DNA from: Octopus sinensis
Taxonomy: Eukaryota
DNA length: 64,000 bases
Assembly: GCF_006345805.1 (NCBI RefSeq)
Contig: NC_042997.1
Location: forward strand, 89,962,001-90,026,000
Reading direction: 5' to 3'
The notes below the pieces were generated by a model. The model made no database searches, was not told the DNA's origin, and saw only the letters and a list, made by a program, of their open reading frames with translations. Made by a program: the position numbers and the translations under genes. This document shows, one piece after another, positions 38,501 to 52,809 of this stretch. Each line of letters starts with the position of its first letter. Within the stretch, counting starts at the first letter, position 1.

Positions 38501-40300
38501 TAGCCATTTTCCATACATTCTAGGGGTAAGCAAATAGGAAATAACAGTTGCTACCCAAGGACCAAAAGCATGTTACTCAGTATAACTCTATAAAATGCTT
38601 CACTTCAGCCAAGTGTGATAACATCTAAATATTGTTTCTCTTACTTTTCAGAATTTCCTTTGGAATTTGTGGCCGGTTTACTGCGGCAGAGATAATGTCA
38701 TTCTGCCTATCATTTTTCATTGTGTGTATATGGGTATTAACAGGGCATTGGCTTCTCATGGATGGTAAGACATTTCTCAGGCATTTCTCTCTTCCTCTCC
38801 ATTCTTCTTTTGACTCTGTATTTGTATTCATTATTACATACATGCTCATTTGGACCTGCAGTCTTCCAAATCCTATTACCTACTGGAACAGTGAAGATTA
38901 GTAAGACATTCCAAAGATTTTCCATTTAATTTTCCTGAAATGAACATATAAACACAGTTACATTTGCATATGACATACACATACATGTATACATAATATG
39001 GAAACATACCCTACTGTGCTAAAGAGACTTGTACACTTATTATATTCATTATATGAGCCCAAGTATATACATGCATGCACCCCCATATATATATAATGTG
39101 TATGTGTACACACTAATTCACTCACGTTCATAAATCTCTGGAAGTATTTTGACTGAACAAAGAAAAAAAACCAGCCTTGTCACTTTGTGACAAACTCAAA
39201 TTCTTTGCAAAATAATGTTTTGGATTCTCTGCATGTTACAGTGACTTTTGCTGTCCCTCATGCATTATGCCTGCTGCTTCCCTTTCCACCCCACCACATA
39301 CTACCCCACCATATCATATCCTTCTTGTCCTACCCCCATCAGTGATTGTATTATCTGTACTACTGCTGCTGCTTGCTGCCCCCATACTTTTGCATCTTCC
39401 TATCTTCCACAGCTCATGATAAAATCAAAACCTGGCAAGTGGTTGACTCCAGTGGCATCTTCTAGTCATTTTCTCAGATTTTTCACCTCAAGAATGTCCC
39501 TGTTTAAGTTTCTTGCTACAAGGTCCCTTTCCTTTGGTGATTTCATTTTTATCAACTGTCAGTCATCAACACAGAGATATAGCTAATTTTCACATGCATT
39601 GTCTGGAGTATCTGTGGAAACTGAAGAGACAGCAGATCACTTATTGAAACTGTTATAAATTACAGATTGGTAGACATGAAACAGTGATTTCAATGGATCT
39701 CCCACTAAGGTAGCTCCAAAGTAGCAGTTGCTCATATATCCACTGGGATTTCAGATTCTTGTACTATTCATCGTGCCCAACTCTCATCATCAGTATCATC
39801 ATTTAAGATCTACTTTCCCTGGTGGTATGAGTTGGATGGTTTGACATGGAGCTGGCTAACAGGGAACTGCCCAGGCTCCAACTGTCTGTTGTGGCATGGT
39901 TCCTCTGGATAGATGCCTGTACCTAATGCCAACCACTTAACAGAGTGTGCTGGGTGCTTTTTATGTGCCACCATCATTGGCACTTTTTACATGGCACTGG
40001 CACATGAAATAACAAGCCTGTATGTGTGGAAGACAGCAATTTTACTTAGTTTGACATGTTGTATCAAGTACAGCAAATCACCACATCTCCCAGTTTCTTG
40101 TCATCAAATGTTTATACACATCATTATTATCACCAATTCACACCTGCCTACCATGTTGGCATGTATTGGATAGGTCATGACAGATACAATTAGTTCTTAC
40201 TAGGAGTTACTTCTCTCCTGGATAGATTGGAGGCCCACATGCATTTTAGCTTGGTTTCTACAACTGGATGCTCTTCCTATTACTAACCACTTCGCGCACG

Positions 40301-40363
<63 letters not shown>

Positions 40364-43300
40364 TTACACACATACACACACATTAATATATTTTGTTCTA
40401 TTTGTTTCAGCTCTTGGAATGGGTTTGTGTGTGGCTTTTATAGCTTTGGTTCGTCTTCCCAGTCTTAAGGTTTCTACACTTCTCCTTGTCGGACTTTTAA
40501 TTTATGATGTATTTTGGGTATGTATTATTCCTATTATTTTCTACTCATTTCAAATGTTTGCATAAATGTATGTAGCATTAGTGATCCACACTTGGGTTAC
40601 ACCTTTTTGCTAGATATTGAACAGAAAAATACTGAGAAAGGTTACCTTTGTATACCTAATGTGTATAACTATTGTGTATACACTGTTGATAGGCTAGTTA
40701 CTGCAGTATTCATCCTGAAGTAACATCATTTATGCATGTGCCTTGTCAAAAACACAATCTATATCAGAGAGAGACAAAAAAATTCACCCCAGCAGCAGCT
40801 GCCAGTGAGATTGCCTGATGAATTTTAGCTTTTTGGGCATATTCAATGATGTACCAGCAGTCAGTCACATACCTGGACAAGAATTTGTTCTCTATAATAT
40901 AGGTAACAGTAAATCAAATATTCACTGAAAAAAAAGCTATTATGTCAATCATATTTTTAAGCTATTATTGACAATCATATATTATGTCAATCACATCCTT
41001 AAATGATTCCTTTCCACCCACTCTCACAATTGAGTTGGCCCTTAATGTGTCAAAGGAAAGTTAATCACTATGTTTGCTGCATAAGAATTTTTGAATTTGT
41101 TATAGGTGCAGGCATAGATGTGTGGTAAGAAGCTTGCTTCCACACTACATTGTTCCAGGTTCAGTCCCACTGCATAGCACATTGGGCAAGTGTCTTCTAC
41201 TCTAGCCTTTGGGCTGACAAAAGCCTTGTGAGTGAATTTGGTAGATGGAAACTGAAAGAAGCTCCTCATAGATCTGTGTGTGTGTCTTTGTGTCTCTGTT
41301 TGTCCCTCACCACTGTTTGACAACTGGTGTTGGTTTGTTTACATCCTCGTAATGTAATGTTCAGCAAAAGAGACCAATAGAATAAGTACTAGGCTTAAAA
41401 AAGTAAGTCCTGGGGTGAGGTTGATTTTTTTCAACTAAACCCTTCAAGACAGTGATCCAGCATGGCTGCAGTCAAATGATTGAAACAAGTAAAAGAATAA
41501 AAAAAAAAAAAAGAAAATGTTCAGAAAATTGGTAAGGTTTATTTGTTATCATGAAAATTAGGAAAGGTACATGAGTATTTATATGTATCTGAGTATGTAG
41601 AAATACAATAAAGTACTTACAACATCTAGTCCCAGCATTTCAAAACATTAAAGGGCACACTCAGTTCTGAGTGTAGGTGGACAGAATCATTTGAGGATGT
41701 TATATGATTGACATAATAGCTTTTTCCACTATGAATGTTTTATTAACTCTTACCTATTCTATAGGCAACAAGTTCTCATCCAGCTATGTAGGTAAATGTA
41801 TGAATTTGGTAGGTAGAAACTCTGTGGAAGCCCATTATGAAATTTATCTTAAAAGAGGAAGAGCATTTCAAGTATATTATGGTTGAAAACCATGTCTAGA
41901 ATTGTTGCATTCATGACCAGTGCTCCAAACATTTTCCAGAGAGTGAGCTTTGCTAAAGTCACCCAAAGACCAGGTAATTATGGTGCTGAACTGGATGGCA
42001 AATTAGTTGTCTCTTATATCCATTAGATATGATATTGTTATGTCCCGCATTATGATGATGTATTTCATCGTCTCTGCAGAACTGACCCAAACAGCTTACC
42101 TTACTGACTGTGTCAGTCCACTATTTATTAGTAGTGGACCAGCCCACTTCTCACTTGGGGGTGTTTACCACAACACCTCCCTCCTTTGAGATTTTTTTTC
42201 GTTAATTTTTCTTCTAACCAGAATTATTTTTCTTATTCAGATTTTTTCTTGTTCTACACAGAATTATATATATTTTTTTTTCAAAAATTACACAGCATTA
42301 TTATATATATATATTTTTCATTTCTACGACTTTGCCTTTCATTACATTTTTCTTGGCAGAAACTGGATTGGTTACCTGCAAACTTCCATTATCTTTTTAA
42401 AGTGTTTGCATTAGAATGATTCCTTAATGAAGCATTTTCAGTAGAAGGGCCTTTTCCTGTAACAAATGGCTCAGATTCACTAGTTTCTGAATTTTCTGTG
42501 TTCTTCTCTAGTTACTTCAATTGACATTTCATCTGGAGTCTTTTCAAGGAGGACTTGTTTAGTATCCTCAATCACAAAATGGCTTGCATTTTCTTTGCCC
42601 ATTTTAACTTTCATAGCTACTGTTTCATTTTCAATTTCAACAGATAACATCTGCTTACATTTAAAATCTTCTAGCATGATATGTTTTAGATGTATTGTTA
42701 ATTCTTTTTCATTTTTTCTCCTAACCAGAATTGTTTTTGTTCCACACAGAGTTATTAAATTCTTTACATGGACTTATTATTTTTTGTTTCCCACAGAACC
42801 ATTTTTTTTTCAAAATGTAGCTGTCATCAGTCCATTTTTGTATAAGACAGTAAGATATGATGTGAAGGAGGTTTGACTGTTATTTCTTGTACGTCATAGA
42901 GGCTCCTTCGTTGATTTGTCACCTTACACAGAGAACAATACCTATTTTTTAACCTAATTAGTTGACATATCTCTTACAGACCAGGTCACACTGTTCGGTT
43001 TCATTTAAAACTTTCGTCTGGTTGAAATTAATTGTTTGCACTTTTAACAACTATCATAACCATCTTTGCAAAACAGGAGTGTGTGCATGTGTATTCATGC
43101 ACATATCAATTTCCATCTCTGCCCTTAATGTGGTACACATCCCCCTTTGTATTCAATGGATTTATTTTTATAGTTCAGTGATTTATTTTTATAGTTGGTT
43201 AATTTATTCACTAAAGCAAATGGTTTAATGTTTAAAGAGCACAAATGCTTTGGACGGGGGGATATAGAGGGTGGAAAATAATAGCTAGCAAGTAAAATAT

Positions 43301-43674
43301 GTGATTTGTTGAAAAGTGATTTTTATCTTGTAGCTTTAACTCTGATATGGTTCACTTTTCTACTTGTGTTTCAGGTGTTTTTCTCATCGTATATATTTAG
43401 TACCAATGTGATGGTCAAAGTTGCAACGAGACCAGCCGAGAATCCTGTAAGTATACTTATTCTTTTATTTGTTACAGTCATTTGACTGTGGCCATACTGG
43501 AGCACCTCTTTTTAGTCAAAGAAATCAACCCCCCCGGACTTATTCTTTGTAAGCCTAGTACTTATTCCATCGGTCTCTTTTGCCAAACCGCTAAGTTGCA
43601 AGGATGTAAACACACCAACATCGGTTGTCAGGCAATAGTGGGGAGACAAACACAGACACACAAACATATACATA

Positions 43675-43732
<58 letters not shown>

Positions 43733-46700
43733 ATGAGGGAATATTATTCCAAACTTACAGGGAAAAATTCAATTTATAAATACACGACAGGCTTCTTTCA
43801 GTTGCTGTCTACCAAATCTACTCACAAGACTTGGGTCGGCCTGAGGCTATAGTAGAAGACATTTGCCCAAGGTGCCATGCAGTGAGACTGAACCTGGAAT
43901 GATGTGATTGGTAAGCAAGCTACTTATCACACAGCCACTCGTATATCTATCTTTTCCTTTAGCTTTTGTGTTTTATATGTTCCAGTCATTGGACTGCGGC
44001 CATGATGAGACCACAAGCATGAAGGATCCAATTGAACAAATAGACCTTGATACTTATTATTTTAGAACCTGATATTCTATCATCCCTGTTGCCGAACCAC
44101 TGAGTTACAGACAATCACTGGTTATCAGATGGAAATGGAGGACAGATTCAAACATGCACGCACATACACACTATTTTTTATTCTTTTACTCATTTCAGTC
44201 ATTTGCCAGTGGCCATGCTGGAGGACCACCTTGAAAGGTTTTAGTCAAACAAATCAACCCCAGGATTTCTTTTTTAAACTTACTACTTATTCTATTGGTC
44301 TCTTTTGCCAAACTGCTAAGTTATAGGGTCATAAAACACATCAACACCAGTTGTCAAGTAGTGATCTGGGGACAAACATATACATACTATATACGACAGG
44401 TATCTTTCAGTATTCATTTACTAAATCCATTCACAAGGCTTTGGTTGGCCCAAGGTTATAGTAGAGGACATTTGCCCAAGGTGACATGCAGTGGGACTGA
44501 ACCTGGAATATATAAGTGTGTGTGATGGGCTTCTCACCTGCACAGCTACACCTGCACTTATACCTAGAAATTTTGTTTCTGTTCTGTTTGAAATTTGCTA
44601 TGATCTTGGTACGGCCATTGTGATATAGCATCTAGGGTTGTTATATTAAACAACAGTGAAGTCAAGCTAACTGTAAGATGTCAGACATTTTGGAGCTACA
44701 CACACTCACACACATGCACACACACACATAAAATGAATGGTTTACACCTGGTAGCTTACTGGTAAAGCACAGTCACTTTCACAGTGATCATTATGTATAT
44801 GGCAAATAGAAGATGGAATATACGAGAATTTCTTGAGGGACGCCCCCACCCCCACCCCAAGTGTCACCTGTGCCTGGAACCGGGCCACATCAAAAAGAAC
44901 TGTCCCCAGGACCAGAGTAGGGTCCTGGAACAGTTGGTTGTGGAAGAGCCCCCTCCCCCTTCTCCTCCGGAAGGACAGATGGAGACAGTCGAATGACTGA
45001 AACAACTAAAAGAATAAAAGAATATATATATGTCAAATGAAAGACGGAAGATGGAATATACGAAAATTTATTATTAATCACGACAATTGTTTCAACACAT
45101 CTAGCATTGATTCCTCATGGATGTGACACTCAACAACTGATTCAGGGGCATCTGGCAGTGCAGATGTATCTCGTCAGGTGATAAATAAATACAACTTATT
45201 AAAATCACTGTTTCTGTCTACAGAAGGATGTAAATACAACTGTAGAGTTCATGGTCTTAATACTGCTTTGTAGTGAATGATAGGAACACAGTTGAATAAC
45301 TGTGCAATGGTGTGTTACATAATTTATGTAAAAAAGAAAATAGACATTGGACACCTTTACAAATGTCAAAAACTTGAACCATATTTTTATGCATTTGTAA
45401 GGCATTTATGGAAGTGATTTGCAATTTATCTCATGACCATGCATAACTTTATCCATATTTTTACTGAATGTTAATTTGCATATGTCTGTTCCTCTATCTG
45501 TCCCTCTCCTTCCATTCCCATCTCTATTTTCTCCTTCAATGTATATTTACAATAACTAAAGTTTCTTCAAATTTGTGGTTCCCCCAAAGTTGTGTGAGGA
45601 TAGAAAAATTACTTGAGAAGTTTCTTTCTGATTTAGCTTTCTTCCTGTCTTTTTTTTGGTTTAGCATCAATGTGGGATTGCTGTTTGGCTGGTACATTAT
45701 TGATGTAATATTATGTTTTGTCTAAACATGTCATTGATACCCTCTAGTTTCTTTTGTCTATTTATCATTGATATGCTATCACTGTTTATCTGGTTGGCTC
45801 AGTGGTTAGAGCATCAGCCTCTCAATCATGAGGTAGTGAGTTTGATTCCTGGACCAGGATGTGTGTTGTGTTCTTGAGCAAGACACTTTATTTTATGTTA
45901 CTCCAGTTCACTCAGCTGTAGAAATGAGTTGTGATATCACTGGTGCCAAGCTCTATTGGCCTTTGCCTTCCCCTTTGATAACATCAGTGGCATGAAGAGG
46001 AGAGGCTGGTAGGCATGGGTGACTGCTGTTCTTCCATGAATGATTTCCTGGACTTGTGCCTCGGAGGGTAACTTTCTAGGTGCAATCCCATGGTTGTTCA
46101 TGACCAAAGAGGGTCTTTACCTGCTGTGACATGAGACATGGATTTAAATCCATAACTAGCATGTGTTGCCTGTACATCAACTGACCTGTTACCTTTTTTG
46201 TTATACCTCTGATTTGATATCTCTCAATGTTTTTTTTCTTTTACTCCAGGTTGGGATATTTGCTAAGAAACTTCATTTAAGTGGTCTGGTACGAGATGCT
46301 CCAAAGTTGTCACTTCCTGGAAAATTAGTCTTTCCAAGGTGAGATAAATTAATTCATTTGTGTATGTGTGTGTGATTGATTGATTGATCATTTGATTCAT
46401 TGATTCATTGGTTTCAAAATGTGCAACCTCCCACCTTTGATAGATCACCATGTGTCTGCTGGATTAACTGGGTTTGCCAAACATTTAGAACCAGATATTT
46501 AAATGTTTGTGATGGTATGCCATTTTTCAGATTAATTAACTCATCTTTATGATAAACAGTTTTTAATATTTAAATTTGTATCAATTTGTGACTCGGCAGA
46601 GTTGTTTGAGTATCAGTTTGAATGTTTCCTGGGATTTGTTCTGACATACAGCATTCTGAGTTCAAATCCTGGTGAGATCAACTTTGCATTTCAGCCTTTC

Positions 46701-49118
46701 AAGTTCAGTAAAAAGATGGAGAGAGTCACTAATCCAAGGAAGTAAGAATGTAGTATACCTTGTGGTATTTGTTTTGACCTTTTTTTGTTCTGAGTTCAAA
46801 TCTTACCATGGCTTATTCGGTTGGTATACCTATTCCATTACCTTATTTAACATCACCACTTGGCACCTTGGTTGTCTTTAGTGGAGTGCACTATGTTGCA
46901 AGCATATAAACCAGGTCTCTGGATAGATGTTAGGTAAAGGCTCAAGAGCACTGCTTTCTCACCTGACTAAAATATTAAAAAAACAAACAAAAAAACTATT
47001 CCCAGTCATCATTAGGTGTCTTAATTATGGATAAGTATATAGCCACAAATTGGATTCAAACAACAGAACTTATTTATAAGTCAATTATATTAAGTTCTTA
47101 TCCTCTGGATAAGAAAAACTTAATGCCCAGAGGATATTACATTCTGGGTTACTAGTGCATGTTTCTTATTTATGAAGAAATCAAACTAAGTGAAACCTAG
47201 TGTTAATGTAAATATTTAAAATAAAATTTTTCAACATTAAAGATGAGGATAATATTGGGCTGTATGTCTGGAAAGAGGTAAAATAAGTCCATTATAAATT
47301 CCATTGTTCAACATTGCTAGCTGTACCTTTTGTTACAGTGCATATTGTCTTTGAAAAACTATGTTATCTTCATTTGCTCACCTATTTCTATACCACTGTA
47401 TCTATGTATGCTTATCAATGTTATATTGTATAAGGTGTTAAAATTGTAACACTGCTTATCAATATTTATTATTTTCTCTTTAGTATGCAGAACAGCAGTC
47501 ATTTTTCCATGCTGGGACTAGGAGATATTGTAAGTACTTTATTTTATTTCTAGATGATGATGATAATGATAGTAAATAAGAATGGTTTATCTAAATCAGG
47601 TCAAGGGCTGATATTCATAGCAGATAGACATAGGTGATTAAATCATTATCAGTGTATTAATTACTGGTGTTATATTTACCAATTTTTGGAGAATATGATC
47701 TAGTATCCTCTGAACAGATTTCATCTCAGAAAATAAATGGTAACTAAATCCTGTAATGCATTTAGCTCAGAATTTCAGTGTTTATACTAGCTCATTGCTT
47801 TAAGAAATAACAATAGTTTCTTCCTAGTGTAGATGCAAGGCCATGGTAAGAAGGCGAGTTGTCAATTGTATTGACCTCAGTAGATGGTTGGTACTTATTT
47901 CATGAACCTTATATGTTTCTCGGCAGTAGTTGTTTTTTTTTTAACTAAATGCTTCAAGTTTTTCTTAACCCCTAGTGCTGTGATGATTCTGTCATCTACC
48001 ACCTAATACAGTAACAATAATTGATTTTTAATTGGGCAGAGATCTGATGAATCTTGACATTAGTGACAGAAACTGTTGTTAATTGCAATTACCGTAAATC
48101 TTCGAATATAATCCGCATTTTTCCCCCAAAATTTAAAGGTCAAAATCCCTAGTGCGTACTATATACGAGGTTAAAAATGAAAAATAATTTCTAAGCAATG
48201 TCTGAGTCTCTATTTGCTGTCCGGCAATGTTTATTCAGACACATTTTGTGATGTCGGACGTGAAAATACCTTAAGCTAAACCTGAAAGCAATGAAGAATC
48301 ATCTATAACTTACAGTAAGCAACATTTATTAAAATAAAAGTATTCAGAACACAGAATAACATGTAACAAAAACAATTTGCAAACATATTTACATTCCCAT
48401 ATAACAGTTAAGAACATCACCATTATTGTATTATGCATGTGCGAAAGTGTTTGTTCGACTAGGTGCTGCTGGCTTAATTACGCACGACTCAAGTTAGAGA
48501 AAGGGTGCATATTATACTCAAGGGCACACTATACTCGAAGATTTATGGTACTTTGTGCTTGAGGTAGGTAGGTAGAGAGATAGACAGATAGATAGAGAGA
48601 GTGAGAGATAAAAAGTGAAGTGAAAAGAATTTTTGTAGTTATCTTCCCATTTACTTGTTGAGTAACAAGACCTTGTTTTATTATGTCATTCCCTCAACAC
48701 TCCCTTACCAATCAATTTGTAAAATATCATGTCCAATGCAGCAGCTGTGTCATTGCAGTCTTGAGCAATGTATTATCCTCAAGTTGTTCAGCACACTTGT
48801 GTGGCAATGTAGTTATAAGCTCAGCTGTATGATTGAAATTTATTTGATAGATAGAAACAGGTATGGATATGTGTGTGTGTGTTAGCATAGAATAAACAAA
48901 ATTGGTGCACATAACTAAAATATCTTGCAGTACTTAGTTCTATCTGAGTTATGCCATATTATACTGATGTTGACCTGTCTTTCATCCCTTACATGATAAA
49001 AAAATGTAAGCTTTAGACAAAATATTGAAATCACTATACTCAGCTAAAAGCTTTGAAAGCTTACAAACATGCATGCATGCACGCATGCACACACACACAC
49101 ACACACACAGACACACGC

Positions 49119-49154
<36 letters not shown>

Positions 49155-52100
49155 TCACAAAATATTGAGGTAGGGAAAAATTTGTTCAGTAATTTGGTCT
49201 GCTGTCAGACTGCAGTGATTAATTAAATTTTAAATTTATTAGAGTTGATGAGGCTTTTAATGGATACACAAAGAATAAAAACCAACAAGCTAAACAGTTA
49301 GTTGGATCAGCAGTTGACTAAGAGTAAAGGAATGGAATTGAACTGGTGTGTGTGTTATTAATATTGTCATAATGATTCTCCCTAGACACAACAAAAGAAG
49401 GGAAACATATATTTCAGCCTTAAATCTTAGATCAACATCATGTCCCTTAGGCTGGCTTGGGTCAAAATTCCCACATTATTAATACTGGTGTAATTAACTC
49501 TCCCTAGATACAGCAAAATTTGTTTCAACATACAAATTCACTTAAAGAGTCTTGCAAACCCAATACAAAAATGAAAGTGAATAAAAAGTTTTATTAACTA
49601 TTAATTTACTGTAGATAAAATAGGATAGTTTTAAAGTTTAGATATATCACTCCTGCTCAAGGCTGAAACCTTATAGTAATTTAAAGCTAAAGAGACAGGA
49701 ACAGCTAGACATGGTGAGGAAGGCATGTGTATGTACAGCTTATGATTTATGTGTGTGTGTGTTTGTGCAGCTTACGATTTATGTGTGTGTATATATTTGG
49801 ATGGAAAAGGCGGCATTGTATTCTTTGTTTTGGGATTTGACTGAGTTATGCTTGGTAGAAATTTGCTGTTAGCACATTAAATACAAGAAATGCACTAAAT
49901 AACAAAACTAAATTTCCCTATTAGATAAATCTCCTACTATATATAGCTTATCTATAATTTGCATTAATAATGTCATTGACAAATCAGCTCTATTAATACT
50001 TCTTTACATATCTACATGTACTACATTGTTGGTTGATATGTATACACATTCAATATTTGAATAACTTTTACATGTTACATCAAAAACCAATACCCCTTTG
50101 TGAATGTTCTATGTCAATATATCCTATAATTTCTTTTACTATTTATTTATCTTTTATTTTGTTCATATTTACATACCTATGTAGGTGCAAAATACTTGCT
50201 TAAGCTCTTCTCTCTCTTTTGAACATAAGCTGTCGATAACTTTTTTCCCACTGTTCTTCATTCTATGTTGTCTTCTCAAGCCTTCTTCTCTCAGGTTTTC
50301 TATAGTCATTGATGTTCCTGTAACTTGCTATTTTCTTGGTAATGGGGTTTTGGCCCTAAGCAAACCCATTTTTATCTCTAGGAATAGGTGCTCAATATTA
50401 ATCTGGCTTCCACCCTTTGACTTGCCCAGTATGGGAGGCCCTACCAGGAACATGCGCTCTGCTGATATACAGTTGTGGCCAAAAGTTTGGAACATAGGTC
50501 TGAAAATTAGAAATTTTATATCAAATGCCCAAATATATATGTTGTATATATTTGAATTGAATTGTACTTGGGCATAACAATTTTAATTTTTTTTAAATGT
50601 TCCAAACTTTTGGCCACAACTGTAGCTTCAGAGTTCTTGAGGCACATCCGCCATCTCACCACAACAACCTTGTGGTGGAGGTGCTGAATAGCTAAATGAT
50701 TAAGAAGTTCACTTTGCAACCATAAGTTTCCAGATTCAATCCCACTGTGTGCCATCTTATGCAAATGTTATTTTGAATGGGCCAACCCATTCTTTCTGAA
50801 TGAAATTTAATAAATAGCAACTACTTGTCAGATAGATTGTACTTGTAATTCAAAAGGTGTGACTTAATCGCACCCTGTGTTACACTAATTTTGCCTGAGA
50901 CTTATTTTAGGGGCACACATATCTGTGGTTAGAGTGTTATACTCTTGATTGCAAGGTTGTGCTTTTGATTCCCAGGATGACTGTGCATTGTGTTCTTGAG
51001 CAAAACACTTCACTTCATGTTGCTCCAGTTCGCTCAGCTGTAAATGGATAACCTTACAATGGATTATCCATACAAAAGTGAGATGGTGACTCGGGAAAAA
51101 AGTCACCCGAACAGGGGCTTCTTGAGCTATGTTTTGTATTCAGCAATTGAAAGGATAATTAGTATAACCCATACTGTGAATCCTAATCAGTTGGGATTGT
51201 TTGTTCAACAACATTGAAGGTCATCATCATATAAGGAGCACACGTCTGTGGAATGCTCAGCTCTGTTTACATATTAATTCAGGAGCAAGTAATTAAGTTA
51301 AACAACTGAATCCTTATTGAATGATGGTAATCCACCCCTACATACCCATTTAAACAGTGAAACCTGTAAATTTTGGGGTCAACTCATGTCAGGAAAGTTC
51401 ACCATTCAGATTTTTTGACATTTTTCAAGTTAAATTTTTCTCTTGTTTCTTTTCAATAAAATACTTTTTAACTATTAATGGTGAGATACTATAGATAGAT
51501 TTTCTCAGTAAACTTTCCTCATATTGAACTTCTCACGTATTGAACTTTCTTCATGGGGAATTGATGGTGGTGAACTCTCCTGCAATGAATTGATGTTAGT
51601 GAACTAAAGCCAAAGCTGTTTCGAAATATTTTATCTTTGTCATATGTTCTTGTATACTTATCTTATGTGTATGGAACAGTATCTATTGTAATTGTAAAGT
51701 GGCTTATGTAAGCATTATCTCCCTCAGTACTACTCACCTCTCAGTCAAGGGAGTCTTTTCTTGTAAGTTATTTATTGACCTTGCCAGTGTTGTTGCCACA
51801 TAAAAGGCAACAGAACTCTCTGTAAGGAGGTTGGCATTAAAAAAGACATCAAACTGTAGAAATCATGCCAAAGCAGACTTTAGAGCTTGGCGCAGACTTC
51901 TGGCTAACCGGCTCCTGTCAAACCATCCAACCCATAACATTGAAAACAGACATTAAATGAAGATGTTGATGATATATATAATTCATGTACAAACTTGTTA
52001 AATCCTTTGTTAAATTTTCTAAAGCAAATACTTATGCTGAAAATATTTCATTATTTAATTATGTATATAAGTGTCATACTACTTAATGGCATTTAATGAA

Positions 52101-52772
52101 ATACTTGGGCAAATATATAGAGAATATAATTACATATCTATTTAATTATTAGTGAGCCTTCTTTACATTTGTTTTGACGTTACAAATTAGTGTTTAGATG
52201 TATCATACCTATACATGTATGAAGTATATGAAGGTATATGATTATGTAAGTATATATGAGAGTTTTACCCCTATAATCATTTGAAATATTTAAGTCTGTT
52301 TGATGAAATGGCTGCATGCTAACTACTTAGTTTACTCAAAGCATATATCTCTTTAGATGTATATGATATATATATACTCAGTTATAAGCACATGTATATG
52401 TATCCATGTAAATATACACATTCATATTTAAATTATGTAAGTGTGGAATGTATGTATGTATGTATCAATCTCTCTATCTATGGAATATGGATGCTAACTG
52501 ATATGTATATAGATATATATGCATGTAGATATGTATATATATACGAATGTTTGTGCACACATATGTGTTGTTGTGTGTGTGTGTATAAATATATATATGT
52601 GTATATACGTTCACATATATGTATAAACACACACGCATACACACACACGCCCAAGCATATTTTCATCTATTTTTAAATTGTAATGTATAAGACATGTTGA
52701 CACATAAAATGTGGATGGCTGAAAGAATATGCTTTAAACTTCTTTTGTAACTATGATAGGTCAACACTTTCG

Positions 52773-52809
<37 letters not shown>

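Noticed and set aside
39248-39780. Purine-biased minus-strand stretch that looks weakly coding
   Set aside because: Multiple stops and no motif I can assign
47489-47490. Alternative AG acceptor 7 nt downstream of the one used
   Set aside because: Would shift the frame and destroy GLGD
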